A stretch of 63,766 bases of DNA, the filler included, from Chiloscyllium plagiosum (Eukaryota), in the NCBI RefSeq assembly GCF_004010195.1. It is 4 parts of one record of this genome, joined end to end, with 100 filler letters (N's around TTAATTAATTAA, not from the genome) between each part and the next. Parts side by side here need not be neighbours in the genome. Positions count along the whole stretch, not along the records: positions 1 to 27,199 come from NC_057717.1; 3 more parts are not named here. One strand, written 5' to 3'. Every line of letters starts with the position of its first letter. Position 1 is the stretch's first letter. The notes under the pieces were generated by a model that made no database searches, was not told the DNA's origin, and saw nothing but the letters and a program-made list of their open reading frames with translations. A program made the position numbers and the translations under genes. Shown here piece by piece: positions 13,352-25,799 of the stretch.

Positions 13352-13744
13352 TGGTACTATGAGACAGCTGTGTGAACCAATGAGGCACCATTCCCCCTTC
13401 TCCGTTCCCCCCAAACCGGGTGCCTGGCACTGAGAGACAGCCGTGCTAACGAGTGAGACACTATGCCCCCCTCCCCCTCCACCCAAAACCAGGTCCCTGG
13501 TACTGTGAGACAGCCGTGCTAACCACTGAGACACCATGCCTCACTCTACCTCAACCCAAACCGGGCACTTGGTACTGAGAGACAGCCGTGCTAACCGCTG
13601 AAACACCATGCATCCTCCCCCTCCTCCTGTCCCCCACTCCGGGTCCCTCGTCCAGTGAAATAACCATGATAATCACTGAGACACTCTTCACCCGTCACTG
13701 TTCCCTCCCCCAAAACGGACTCACTGTGCTCGATAATAATGGGG

Positions 13745-16568
13745 AAAATGTAAATATAAGTGATGAGCTTAGAGCTATGATGTTGTGGCCATCACAGAGA
13801 CATGGATCTCTCAGGGGCAGGAATGGTTGCTGGATGTTCCAGGGGTTAGAACTTTTAAAAAGGATAGGGAGGAGATAAAAGGAGGAGGGGGTGTAGCACT
13901 GCTAATCAGAGAGGGTATCACAGCTACAGAAGTTAACATTATGGAGGATGTTCTGCCTACTGAGTCAGTATGGGTGGACAGTAGGAACAGTAAGGCAGCA
14001 ATCACCTCATTAGGGGTTAAATACAGCCCCCCACCCCCCAATAGAAGCAGGGAGATTGAAGAAAGCATAGATCGGCAGACTTTGGAAACGTGTGAATGGA
14101 ATAGGTTAGTTGTAATGGGTGACTAACTTTCCCAATATTGATTGGAACCTCCTTCCAGCAGATGGATTGGAAGGAGATATTTTTGTAAGGTGTGTTCAGG
14201 AGGGTTTCCTACCATCAGTACGTTGACAGGTCGACAAGGGGAAAGCCCATTTTGGATTTGGTGCTCGGCAATGAGCCACGGCCGTGTCAGATCTTGCGGT
14301 GGGAGACCATTTTGGTGATAATGACCACAACTGCCTTATATTCTACATAGCCATGGAGAAGGAGAGAAGCAGGCACAATGGGAAAATATTTAGTTGGGGA
14401 AAATGAAACTATGATGCTCTCAGACTGCGTTGGGAAGCATGGACTGGGAGCAATTTTTCCATGGAAAGGGCACTGTCGACATGTGGACACGGTTCAAGGA
14501 ACAGTTGTTGCCAGTGATGCACAAATGTGTTCCTTTGAGACAGGCAAGAAGGGGCAAGATAAAGGAACCTTGGATGACGAGAGCGGAGGAGCTTCTCGTC
14601 AAAAGAAAGAAGGCAGCCCACGTGGGGTGGAGGAAGCAAGGGTCTTGCTCAGCTCTAGAGGATTACAGGCAGGCGAGGAAGGAGCTTAAAAATGGTCTGA
14701 GGAGAGCCAGGAGGGGGCAAGAAAAAGGCTTGGCAGGAAGGATTAGGGAGAATCTAAAGGCATTTTGTACATGTGTGAGTTATAAAAGAATGATCAAAGA
14801 AAGATCAGGGCCGATCAGGGATAGCATAGGAAACTTGTGGAAAGAGTTTGAGGAGGTAGGAGAAGCCCTAAATAAGTATTTTGCTTCTGTGTTTACGAAA
14901 GAAAAGGACTTTCTAGTGAATGAAACCATTGAGGAGCAGGTAATCATGCTGCAACAGATAGATTGAGGAAGCTGATGTGTTGAAAATTTTGACAGCATTA
15001 ATATTAAAAGTCGCCAGGGCCAGACCAGATTTGTCCTCGGCTGCTTTGGGAAGCGAGAAATGTGATTGCTTTGCCGCTTCCGAAGATCTTTGCATCCTCG
15101 CTCTCCACCGGATTCGTACCTGAGGATTGGAGGGAGACAAATGTAATTCCTCTCTTCAAGAAAGGAAATAGGGAAATCCACGGCAAGTACAGACCAGTCA
15201 GTCTCACGTCTGTCGTTTGCAAGGTGTTAGAAAGGATTCTATATGATAGGATTTATGACCATCTGGAAGAGCATGGCTTGATTAAATGCAGCCAGCATGG
15301 CTTTGTGAGGGGCAGGTCATGCCCCCTCACAAATCTTATTGAGTTCTTTGAGAGTGTTACGAGAAAAGATGATGAGGGTCGAGCGGTTTATGTTGTATAT
15401 TTGGACTTCAGCAAGGCATTTGATAAGATTCCCCATGGTAGGCTCGTTCAGAAGGGCAGGAGGATTGGGATACAGGGAAATTTAGCTGTCTGGATAGAGA
15501 ATTGGCTGGTCTACAGAAGACAGCGAGTGGTAGTGGAAGGACAATATTCTGCCTGGAAGTCAGTGGTGAATGGTGTTCCACGAGCTCTGTTCTTGGGCCT
15601 CTACTCTTTGCAATTTTTATTAATGACTTGGATGAGGAGATTGAAGGATGGGTTAGCAAGTTTACACAGGACACAAAGGTTGGAGGTATCATTGATAGTA
15701 TGCAGGACGGTTGCAGACTGCAGCATGACATTGACAGTTTGCAGAGATGGGCTGAGATGTGGTAGATGGAAATCAAACTGGATAAATGCGTGATGACGCA
15801 TTTTCTAAGATCGAACTTGAAAGTTGAGTACAGGACTAAAGGCAGCATTCTTGGCAGTGTGGTGGAACAGCGCGATCTTGGTGTGCAGGTACAAAGATCC
15901 ATTAAAATTTCCACCCAGGTGGACAGGGTTGTTAAGAAAGCATATGGTGTTTTGGCTTTCATTTACAGGGGTATTGAGTTTAAGAGCCGTGAGATCTTGT
16001 TGCAGCTCCATTAAATTTTGGTTAGACCGCACTTGGAATGCTGTGTCCAGTCCTGGTCGCGCTATTATAGGAAAGATGTGGGTGCTTTGGAGAGGGTTCA
16101 GAGGAGGTTTACCAGGATTCTGCCTGGACTGAAGGGCTTATCTTATGAAGAGATTTTGACTGATCTCGGGCATTTTTCGTTGGAAAAAAGAAGGAAGAGA
16201 GGGGGACTAATTGACGTGTACAAGATAATGAGAGGTATAGATAGAGTTGATAGCCAGAAACCTTTTCCCGAGGCAGCAATTGTTAACATGAGGAGTCATA
16301 GTTTTAAGCTGTTTGGCGGAAAGTATAGAACAGATGTCAGAGGTGAGTTCTTTACACAGAGAGTTGTGAGAGCATGGAATGCGTTGCCAGAAGCAGTTGT
16401 GGAAATGAGGTCATTGGGGATATTTAAGAGACTGCTGGACATGCATATGTTCACAGACATTTGAGAGTTCGTACATTAGGTTTACCTCACATGAGGATCA
16501 ATGGTCAGCACAACATCATGGGCTGAAGGGCCTGTTATGTGCTGTACTGTTCTATGTTCTATGTTCTA
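13745..16568 (+). mobile_element. CR1/HER1-like LINE with near-complete but disrupted ORF2 (APE endonuclease and RT)
   Basis: AITETW, KGGGGVALLIRE, VMGD, KYRPVSLTSVVCKVLE, QHGFVRGRSC, YLDFSKAFDKIPH, RPHLECCVQ; (TCTATGT)n tail. Confidence 0.95.
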
Positions 16569-16574
16569 AACAGT

Positions 16575-16740
16575 AAACAATGACAAAACACCACAGATGG
16601 GTCAGGATCTGGAGATAGAAACAGAGGCAGCACATTGAGTCTGATATGATCCTCTTCTGAAAAAACACATATTGGACTCAAAAAGTTAATTGTGTTTCTC
16701 TCTGCTTAGAACCTGCAAATGTTTCCCTGCACTTTTAACT
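16575..16740. mobile_element. Decayed fold-back Penelope-terminal-repeat element (copy at ~30255-30415)
   Basis: Imperfect inverted arms (GAGTCTGATATGA / CATATTGGACTC) with an eroded hammerhead-like core. Confidence 0.5.
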
Positions 16741-19700
16741 TAGTTACTATTTTGGACAGTGGATATTTGTCTGATCTGAACGGGAACAGTGAAGCTGCCA
16801 TTTCTGTTGACGCTCAAGAATTTGGTTCTGATTTTGAATGAAAAATGAATAACTATGTGCCTGACAGCTCCCCAAATACCGATAACATATTGCCACCGTC
16901 ATAATGCATTATGAAAATGTTGAACTCGGTGGTCATGACATCACATGATCAATCTTCTGAAAGTAATTGATTGAAGCACTCATCCAATCTTTATCAATAT
17001 CTTATCATGCTCCTGATGTCCCTGGCATCATACTCATCCAGCAAGGTCTTACGTTTTTGAGAGTTTACATACAACGATGAAAACATGAAATATCTTTGTA
17101 TTTTTAACAGAACATATTCATCCAGGGTTTTGGAAGGCACTAGCAAGGGCAGAGTTATTTGTCATTCCCAATTACTCTGGAATAAGCGAGACAGATTTGC
17201 CCAGTTTTACCTCTTCAATCCAAAGTGATTCAGATCCAGACAGAGCTGTTTGTAGGGGCATTCCAAGATTTTTAACAATTACTTGTGAAGGATCAGCAAA
17301 TGACTCCTTAGTCAGGATGGCATGCAGTTTGGAAGATACCTTGCAGAGACTGTTTTTTCTATTGCTCCAGTGCAGAATGTTCTCTAATTCCCATTAATCA
17401 CAGTTTTGCTCAGGGTCCCTGATTCTACCGTCAGTCAAGTCCTGCTTCGATTAAAAGGGAAGTCACTCTGATCTCACCTCAAATTACACGGGAAGATCAG
17501 TTGAAAAAATAAGGAGCAAAACACAAGAACACTGCTTGTTTGAACAATGTCCTCGCAATATTCAAAAGAGAATTGATGCATAGTCTTCCTGCATGCATTA
17601 TTTCAACATGACATAACTTTTTAAACAATATTCAGTACGGTGGATATTTGCTCTTTTAATTTGCTTGCAATGCAGTGTATAAATGCGAACGTGAATTGAT
17701 CTTCTATAGTGTGTTTATAATCCAGAATTTGATTCAATCTTTATCATCATTGCTCTAGCTCTTTCAACCAAAATTAATAAATGAGCCTGTGTCCATCCTG
17801 CAGATTGGAAAGTTCTTTCAGTTTTGACTATTGCAGTGAATGTTGTAAAGGATTTCCTGCAGGCCCACATAAAATCGAAATGTTGCAGGGCAAGGTGCCA
17901 AAAGTTAATCCAAGGTTAACGATGGCCAAGCATTATGAATAATACATGCAGAGGGGCTGAGTATAAAAGTAGAATTCAGCTACATGTCCAAAATAATATT
18001 TGTGACTCCCTCAGAAAAGACAACAACCGGTTCACGCTGTAAATTCACCAAAATAGGAAAAACAAGAGACTGGAATTCCCAGTTCTGCAACAATATCCGT
18101 AGAACAGGAAGAAAATCAAGGTTTGTTTCTGAAACTCATAAATGTTGATGAGAAGAATGTGGAATATGTAGGGGATATTGGAGGATGATAAACTATGTTG
18201 TAGATGACAAAATGATTAGCCGGCTGGGTCACAGTGAGCAAGAACGTGTTGGTTGCAAGAGGTTACAAACAGATTGTCAGGTGGTCCGATCAATGACTGA
18301 TAAACGGTTACACTGAAATATGTGAGTTGCTGCATTTTGGAATATGTAACAGGACAAGAGAGAACTCAAACCATGAAGATAGGTTACATTTGCTTTTGGA
18401 GCAGAGTAGAGTGAGGGGTGAACCTGACAGAAGTGTATTATAGCATGAGAGGTATGGGACGAGTGAACAGACAACAGCTATTCCTCTTAGTCAAAGGGGC
18501 AAAAACAAGAGAAATACATTTGAAGTGAAAGAGAAGATACTAAGAGAGGATTTGTGAAATCTTTTTCGAGCTCAGAACATGATATGTGTCAAAAATACAT
18601 TGCCTGGGAGGTCATCATGTGGTGACAGCCATGAAAGCTCTCATATATTCTGAAGCAGCAGCCAATTGGACTTGTGGTTTGTTAAATCGAACTGTACTCA
18701 GTAAGTGACGAGACTCAATCTAGGACAGCCCATCTATCTCTGAAATCATCCAGGAGAATTCACATGCTCAGTGCAAGAATCGTCCAACAACAGCAAAACT
18801 TGTTTGACGCCATTATTTTAAGTTCACCAATAACATAGAATCAGACTTCGTTTCATTATTATATAGACTTCTCGTGTAAGGTTGTTCTTTCTCCGAAGAC
18901 TAATAAGTTCATTCCCATATATTCGTATTGACAAAGAGTCTGTTATCCTGCAAGCTGTTCATCACAGCGTGGCGGCTTGTGTAACGTTCCATCTACCACC
19001 AGTAATATTTACTCCCAGTTAAACCGGCACATGAGATGGCACTCTCTCTCAACAGCCAGGTGGATGGACCAACACAAAGTGGACTAGAATTTTTCAAGGG
19101 CAATTAATGCTGGTCTAGCTCCTTTAAAGTCCCAAATGAACGAAAAAGACAATCCAATTTTCTGATAATTTAAAACAATAAGGACATTATGTTGATCTGA
19201 TGAGCTTGTCGCTGTCTTTGAAGTTGTGTGATCTATTTCCGTGAAACCATTTCATGCATATTTTGGAAGAACAAAAAAGCTCAACACGCAGTGTTTAAAC
19301 GCAAAATGCCAGGGAATAGTAGGCTATAGATCTTCACCTCTCTGGGGATAATGTAGTTTGTTTTTTTCTGGCTGATGTCGTTGGATTGGGCTGGCGGGTT
19401 GGTTTGCATGCTGTATGACTCTATCAGTTTAATTGCTGGAAACAGAGAATGTGGTCTCGCTATTTCCATACATTGTGAGCATCAACTGGTGAGGAATACA
19501 ATCTCCAAAGGCATACTGGATTTGAAGTTATATCATTCTCCCTTCACTTGTTAATAACCCCTTTTCTCTCTTTGTAACATACCTGTTAGTGGTCCTGCAA
19601 TACAAGAACCACTGGAGTTTATAGCCATATTCTAAATAGAAATTACAAACAGGCAACAGAATGCTGGCCTTGCTAATGAAACGCACCTCACAAGAAAAAC

Positions 19701-19949
19701 TGAAAGGAATCTGCATTGTTAAAGTTATCCATTCGACCCAATCTGATTTCTAAAGCAGTTTCAAGCGTGGCTTTCCCTTTGCCCTATGCTCCTGACCTCT
19801 TGAAAACATCATGAACCTTTCCTGAGTGTATTTCCAGTGCTATCTAAAAGTCACATATGGAAAGCTGTGCCCAATAATCTGAAAAGAAGTCTTCATGTTC
19901 ATGAGAACCGTTTCATTTTATTTCAGTATCTAAAGACAACAGAAATGTA

Positions 19950-20760
19950 GAACCTAGCATCAGGAGTAAGGAATCAAAACAGCTCCATCATGCGATAAGA
20001 TCATGGATGATCTGATTGTGACCTCAATCACACATTCCTCCTTTGCCCTGACAATGTTCGTACGTCATGCTTAGTCAAGAATCTTCCTGCCTCTGCCTTA
20101 GGAATATTCAATGTCTTATCCTCCACCGCTCTCTGGGAAGAGAATTATACAAAGACACAACAACCTGAGAGGATGACACCAAATCGCCATCTTCTTAACA
20201 GAGACGTTTTTCAGTTTTATCGTCCATCCACTCATGGTAATCTCTCACACAAGCTGTCATATTGTTTTAGAATTTAACTTGAAAAGACTACTTGTGATAT
20301 TCTGAGGTTAAACAAGGTCACATATTGTTCGCCTAAACCCCAGCAGATCCAGAGCCAGTCATCTCAAGATTTCCTACTGAAATAAACACTCCTCCCAGGA
20401 GTTAGCTGAGTGAATCATCTCTGGACAGCATTTCATATCATTTTGTTTATCGCTCTCTCGATGTGGTTACACCGCTACATTGTAAATCTGTAGAAAATTG
20501 TTCCTCCATTTAAATGTATACTGTTTCAGAAAGTTTCAACACTTGTCTCACCTCCCAAAAAAATTGATGTACACGTAAAGTTTTTATTTCGTTATCCAGG
20601 TGCTCGTTTCCTCCGTGCCTAAAGCCAATCTCTCCACTGAAATAATACACTACACTTCCATTCAACCCGCCAATATATTTTAGCACAGACACATTTTTCC
20701 TACTATGTTCCATACACCAATATTTGGCTGTTCACTTGACCCACCTTCATCTCCTTATTG
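19950..20760 (-). mobile_element. Old CR1 3' fragment (copy at ~33760-34590)
   Basis: CR1 3'-UTR-like AATAAGATCATGG..GATCTGATTGTG signature on the reverse strand. Confidence 0.6.
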
Positions 20761-20929
20761 ACTCATGTCCTCTTCATATCTTCGTTCTCGAACAGTTTCA
20801 AGTTTCTATTCTTTCGTAATACAGACAGAATATTGCCCATAGAAATACACTGTGGCCATATTGCAAAGTAATTGACAATGAAATATTCTTAATCTATGTC
20901 TAAACTATAATTTTGAGACAATGTTAAAG

Positions 20930-23005
20930 TGTAATGCAGTCGCATCACTCAGTTCCATTACTTAAAATAGAGTCAGATGGTGTGGAATGTGTGTGGGTAG
21001 AATTGAGGTAACGTAAAAGTGAAAAACCGTAGATGGAGTTATATACAGGTCTACAAACCGAAGTCAGAAGCTGGGGTGCATGATAGATGAAGAGATAGAA
21101 ACGATATGTAGGAAAGGCAAAATTACAGTGACTGGTGAGATTACAATACTGGTGGACTGGGAAAGTCAGTGGTAGTGGTTTGCGAGGAAAGGAATTTGTG
21201 GAATGACTACGAGATGGCTTTTTGGAACAGCTTATAGTGCAGGATACTGACAATACTGGATATAGAGCTGTACAGTGAGGCAGACTTGATAAGGAAGCTT
21301 AAGGTGAAGGAAACGTCAGAAGCAGTGATCATCATATGATTGAACCTACTCCTCAATTTGAGAGGGATAAAGTAAATTCGGAATTAATATTACAGCTGAA
21401 CAAAGGCACCTTCAAAGACACAAAAGCAGATAACATCGCAAATGGCACTGGGAAACCAGAAGGTTTGGAAGCTTTCAAAGACGAACAGATAACAACAAAA
21501 TAAGAAATACGGCCGGAGTAGATAAAATCTGAGGTTAAGCTATCCAGTGAAATAAAGGACAACTGAAAGAGTTTCTTTCGACATATAAAGGGCAAAAGAG
21601 AAGCACTGGATATTGGAACACTGGAAAATGACGCTGGAGAGATAGTCGTATGGAACCAATTAAAGATGAGAAACTGAATAATTATTAAGAGTGTGGACAA
21701 ACAAGTGGCAGGTGAAGTACAACTTGGGAAAGTGCGAGGTGATGCACATTAGTATGAAGAAGACAGGCCTGGACGACTTTATAATTGGTGAGAAATATCA
21801 GAAGTCTGAAGTGCAAAGAGAGTTGCGAGTTCCAGTCCAGGATTGTCTCTAGATAAACTTGCAGGTTAAGTCAGCAATTAGGAAGGTGTGTATTTGGTGC
21901 ACAGTGTGTTTGAAATCTTATATTCAGCAAAAGAACTGAGTTAACTCTTACAAACAATATTTGTTTATTGAACACAATTAATATTAGAATAATAAAACGC
22001 ATTACAACGCAATGATAAACGCTACAAATTATCGTATGCTTTAACTTAACTTTGGATGGTCACAAACCATCCCACTAAAGGTTGACCGGGCTCGAATTGG
22101 TGATGTCTTCTTGTTCTGATAATCTTGGAGGTGTCTTCTCTTTCCCTGGTTATTCTCGGGTTACTGAACAGTGTGGGGTTTTGTGGTGATTCTTATCCTT
22201 CCAAAGCTTCACATCATTTTGGGAAGTTAAGGAGGATCTGTCAATGGAATGATCAGGTTCATTTATCCTGATCAATCAGACTCATCCATGGGTTGGTTCA
22301 AGGGCAACACTCCATTGTCCCATTCAGGTCCACCTTCAGGTCCACCTTCAGGCGAGTATTACAGGTTCTGGAGCTGTCAGGTATGATTGTAAACCATCTG
22401 TGGGTAGCTGCAGCCTGTCTGGATTCTGCAGCATGTGGATTATCACAGAGACTTTAGTCAAGGCTGGGATCCATTTCCCAGCATGCATTAATCATTGTTC
22501 ATTTTTGTAACTCCATGGTTAATTTATTATTGCCCATCATACGATTATTTTTTTTTCAGGTGGCCTACGCCATCAGAAAGGCAAATACTGTGATGGCATT
22601 TATTTTGAGGGGACTTGAATATTAAAGCAGGGATGGATTTCTGAGGCACGACAAGACTCTGGTCAGACTACATTGGAGTATTTTGTACCGTTTTGTGCCC
22701 CATAACTAAGGAAGGATGTACCGCCACTAGAGCATGTTTCGACGAGGTTTTCAAGAATGGTCTCTGGAATGAAAAGCTTAACATATGAGGTCTCTGGGTC
22801 TATACTTGCTGGAGTTTATAAGGATGAAGGCGGATCTAATTGAAGTATACAGAATGCTGGTTGCCTGGTCAGAATAGATGTTGGGAAGATGATTCCACTG
22901 CTTGGAGAGAAAGAACTCAAGGACATAGCCTGAGATTCAAGAGAAGATCTTTTAGACTAGTGATAAGGAGAAATGCCTTCAGCCTGAGAGTGGCGAATCT
23001 ATGGA
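20930..23005 (+). mobile_element. Old CR1 LINE interrupted by a solo LTR (copy at ~34760-37010)
   Basis: ECVWVELR, EFVE*LRDGFLEQL, LVRLHWS, FSLRVANLW remnants. Confidence 0.8.
21887..22575 (-). mobile_element. Probable solo LTR (ERV/Gypsy-type) inserted in CR1
   Basis: TG...CA termini; flanks GGAAGG / GAAAGG; the host CR1 sequence resumes across it; minus-strand AATAAA near 21964; no ORF. Confidence 0.7.
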
Positions 23006-23009
23006 CGAA

Positions 23010-23210
23010 TAGAAGTTTCCTTCCCTAAAGGACATTAGCTAACCAAGTGAGTTTGTCTTGGCAATCGATTCATAACCACCATCCGTCCCTTAATTCCAGA
23101 TTTGAAGTCAAGCTCCGCGATTTGCTGTGGCAGGATTTGAACCCAGATTATCAGAACATTTTCTGGGTTCATCACATAAGAATTCACTGATAACACCACG
23201 AGGCCATTAA
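23010..23210 (-). mobile_element. DeuSINE (SacSINE1-like) tRNA-derived SINE
   Basis: Minus-strand B-box GGGTTCAAATCC and Deu-like CTAATGTCCTTTAGGGAAGG. Confidence 0.7.
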
Positions 23211-23279
23211 CTTGCCCAATCCTCCACAGTGTGACTAACCTGTGCAGCATGGTAAGCCCTGTGATTTGCCTTCATGTTA

Positions 23280-23870
23280 TCTTTGACTTCCTTATCAAGA
23301 TATGAATGAGTTTTCTCCGTTATGCAATTCCTCTTCGGTCATTAGAATCTCCCTAATTATTTGCCAAATTTCTTCAGCTGTCCTGCCTTTGATTGTTCTT
23401 GTCTCCCCCATTGCACCCAGGCCAAATCCTTCCTTAGCACAGTATAATTATTATTGCCTAACACTAAACCTCTCATGTCTGACTCAGACTTCACTCTTTC
23501 AATCTGAATGTGAAACTCCAGCATGTTGTGGTTACTCCTTCCAAGGCCAAGCTCATCCACCAATCCTTCCTTGTTACATAATATCACATCTAAATTAGGC
23601 CATTCTCTGGTGGGTTCTATAACATTCTGCTCGCAGAAATAATCTCTCATACACTTAATGAATCTTTATTCGAAGATATCATTGTCGAGATGATTAATTG
23701 AGTCAATTTGCATGTTCAAACCACCCATAGTTACTGTTTTGCCCTTGTTGCAAGTCCTCACTCTTTTCAACCTCAGAAGTACTTAGCGGGGACAGTGGCT
23801 GAAAATTAGTCTTCCCATGGATTTTCTTCCAATTTCTTTTATTTGCACTGAGACGGATTTCAAATATGTT
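23280..23870 (-). mobile_element. CR1 endonuclease fragment (copy at ~37290-37870)
   Basis: EQNVIEPTREWPNLDVILCN..LGRSNHNMLEF. Confidence 0.75.
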
Positions 23871-24009
23871 TTGGCAGAAAACACTTTGAAAAGGTCTGAG
23901 TACCCACTCACACGAACGAAGTGTTTACTTTCTTTTCACTTACCACATTTCACAGTAAATATCGAGAATTAAGGGGGCTAAAAGTGGTCATGAGTTATCT
24001 TTACCAAAC

Positions 24010-25690
24010 AGGAATGAGGAAAATACCAAAAACTAGGTTTTCATATATAAGGAGCAAGCGGGTAACTAGAGAACTGTTTGGCCCACACAAGAAAGTTATG
24101 CATGGAGTCAGAGAAAATGGGTGAGATTCTTAACAAGTACTTTGCATCTGTATTCAGTAAGGATAGGGACATGATGGATGTTGAGATTAAGGATAGATCT
24201 TTGAGTACTCTTGATCAAGTCGGCATAAAGAGGGAGGAGGTTTTGGATATTGTAAAATGTATTAAAGTAGACAAGCCTACAGGTCTGGATGGGAACTATC
24301 ACACGTTACTAATGGAATTGAGAGAGGAAATAAGTGGGGCTTTAACTTGTATCTTTGCAGGATCTTTGGACATTGGTGAGGTCCCGGAGGATTGGAGAAT
24401 TGCTAATTTTCGCCCCTTGTTTAAGAAGGGTAGCGAGAATAATCCAGATAATTATAGACCGGCGAGCCTGACATCATGGTCGGGAAGCTGCTGGAAAAGC
24501 TACTGAAGGACTTGAGTAAGGTGTTTTATTAGGTTCCCCATAGGAGGCTGATGGAGTAGGTGAAGTCGCATGGGGTTCAGGGTGTTCTATTTAGATGGAT
24601 AGAGAACTGGCTGGGCAACATGAGACAGAGAGTATGAGTAGAAGGGGATTTCTCAAAATGGAGACCTATGATCAGTGGTGTGCAACAGCGATTCGTGCTG
24701 GGACCATTGTTGTTTTTGATATATATTAATGATTTGGAAGAAGGTATCGTTTGCCTGATTAGCAAGTTTGCAGATGACACCAAGATTGTTGGAGTAGCAG
24801 ATAGCGAAGAGGATTGTCAGAGAATACAGCAGAATATAGTTGGATTGGAGAAATGGGCACAGATATGACAGATGGAGTTCAATCTGTGCAAATGCGAGGT
24901 GATGCATTTTGGAGGATCCAATTCGAGAGCAAACTATGCATTAAATGGAAAAGTCCTGGGGGAAATTGACGTAAGGAGAGATCTGGGTGTTCAGGTTCAT
25001 TGTTTCCTGAAGGTGGCAACGCAGTTCAGTAAAGTGGCCAATAAGGCATCCGGCATGCTTTCCTTCATTGGATCCGATGTTGAATACAAACGTTGGCAGG
25101 TATATGTTACACTTGCATCGGACTTTGGTTTGGCCGCATTTGGAACACTGCATGTAGTTCTGGTCACCTCATTACTAAAAGGATGTGGATGCTTGAATAG
25201 AGTTCAGAGTAGGTTCACCAGGGTGTTGCCTGGGATGGAGGATGCTGGTTATGGAAAGAGGTTGGGTAGATTAGGACTATTTTAATTATGAAGACAAAGG
25301 TTGAGGGGGGACCTGATTGAGGTCTACAAAATCAAGAGAGATATAGACAAGGTGGATACCAAGAAGCTTTAGTCCAAATTGTGTACTCATGACCCCTAGT
25401 AATTGAGTAACAAAGTGAGAGGGAAAGGTTTAGGGCCTGAGGGATATATGTGGGAAGCTCTTTACACATAGGGTCGTGGCAGCCTGGAACTTGCTGCCAG
25501 CGGAGGTGGTAGGGGCAGGAACGATAGTGTCATCTACGATTAATCTGCCAGCTACATGAATCGGCAGGGAGAAGAGTGATACCGGCTCTTAGAAAATAGG
25601 TGGCAGGTTTAGAAAATAGGGGATCCGGATCAGCACAGGCTTGGAGGGCCGAAGGGACTGTTCCTGTGTTGGAATGCTCTTTGTTCTTTA
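24010..25690 (+). mobile_element. CR1 LINE, 5'-truncated
   Basis: EILNKYFASVF, EVPEDWRIAN, LGPLLFLIYINDL, KFADDTK; 3' tail. Confidence 0.92.
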
Positions 25691-25799
25691 TCATTCATTC
25701 TATAAATTGCAAGTTTTCAACTTATTGTATGCTACAATTTAATAATATAAACCATTTATTTATTTGGCAGGGCATGTCAAATTATTGTCATTGCTAAAT

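Larger units (their letters stand above)
12272..13720 (-). repeat. Tandem satellite of ~70-bp units derived from the tRNA-like head of the HE1 SINE (~13 units, split by a Penelope insertion)
   Basis: Minus-strand unit GGCATGGTGTCTCAGTGGTTAGCACGGCTGTCTCACAGTACCAGGGACCCGGTTT followed by a G-rich spacer; matches the SINE heads at 50862 and 51845. Confidence 0.88.

Noticed and set aside
12272..13720. CRISPR-like array or tRNA gene cluster
   Set aside because: Spacers are near-identical C-rich tracts, there are no cas genes, the context is eukaryotic, and units lack the T-arm and 3' acceptor stem
15062..15793. 243-aa ORF and neighbours as an active reverse transcriptase
   Set aside because: The CR1 ORF2 is broken by multiple stops and frameshifts in both paralogs, and FADD has decayed to FTQD/FTEN
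18630..18706. Kozak ATG with a GTAAGT donor as a first coding exon
   Set aside because: It is frameshifted in the paralog, gives no recognisable peptide, and has no compatible downstream exon
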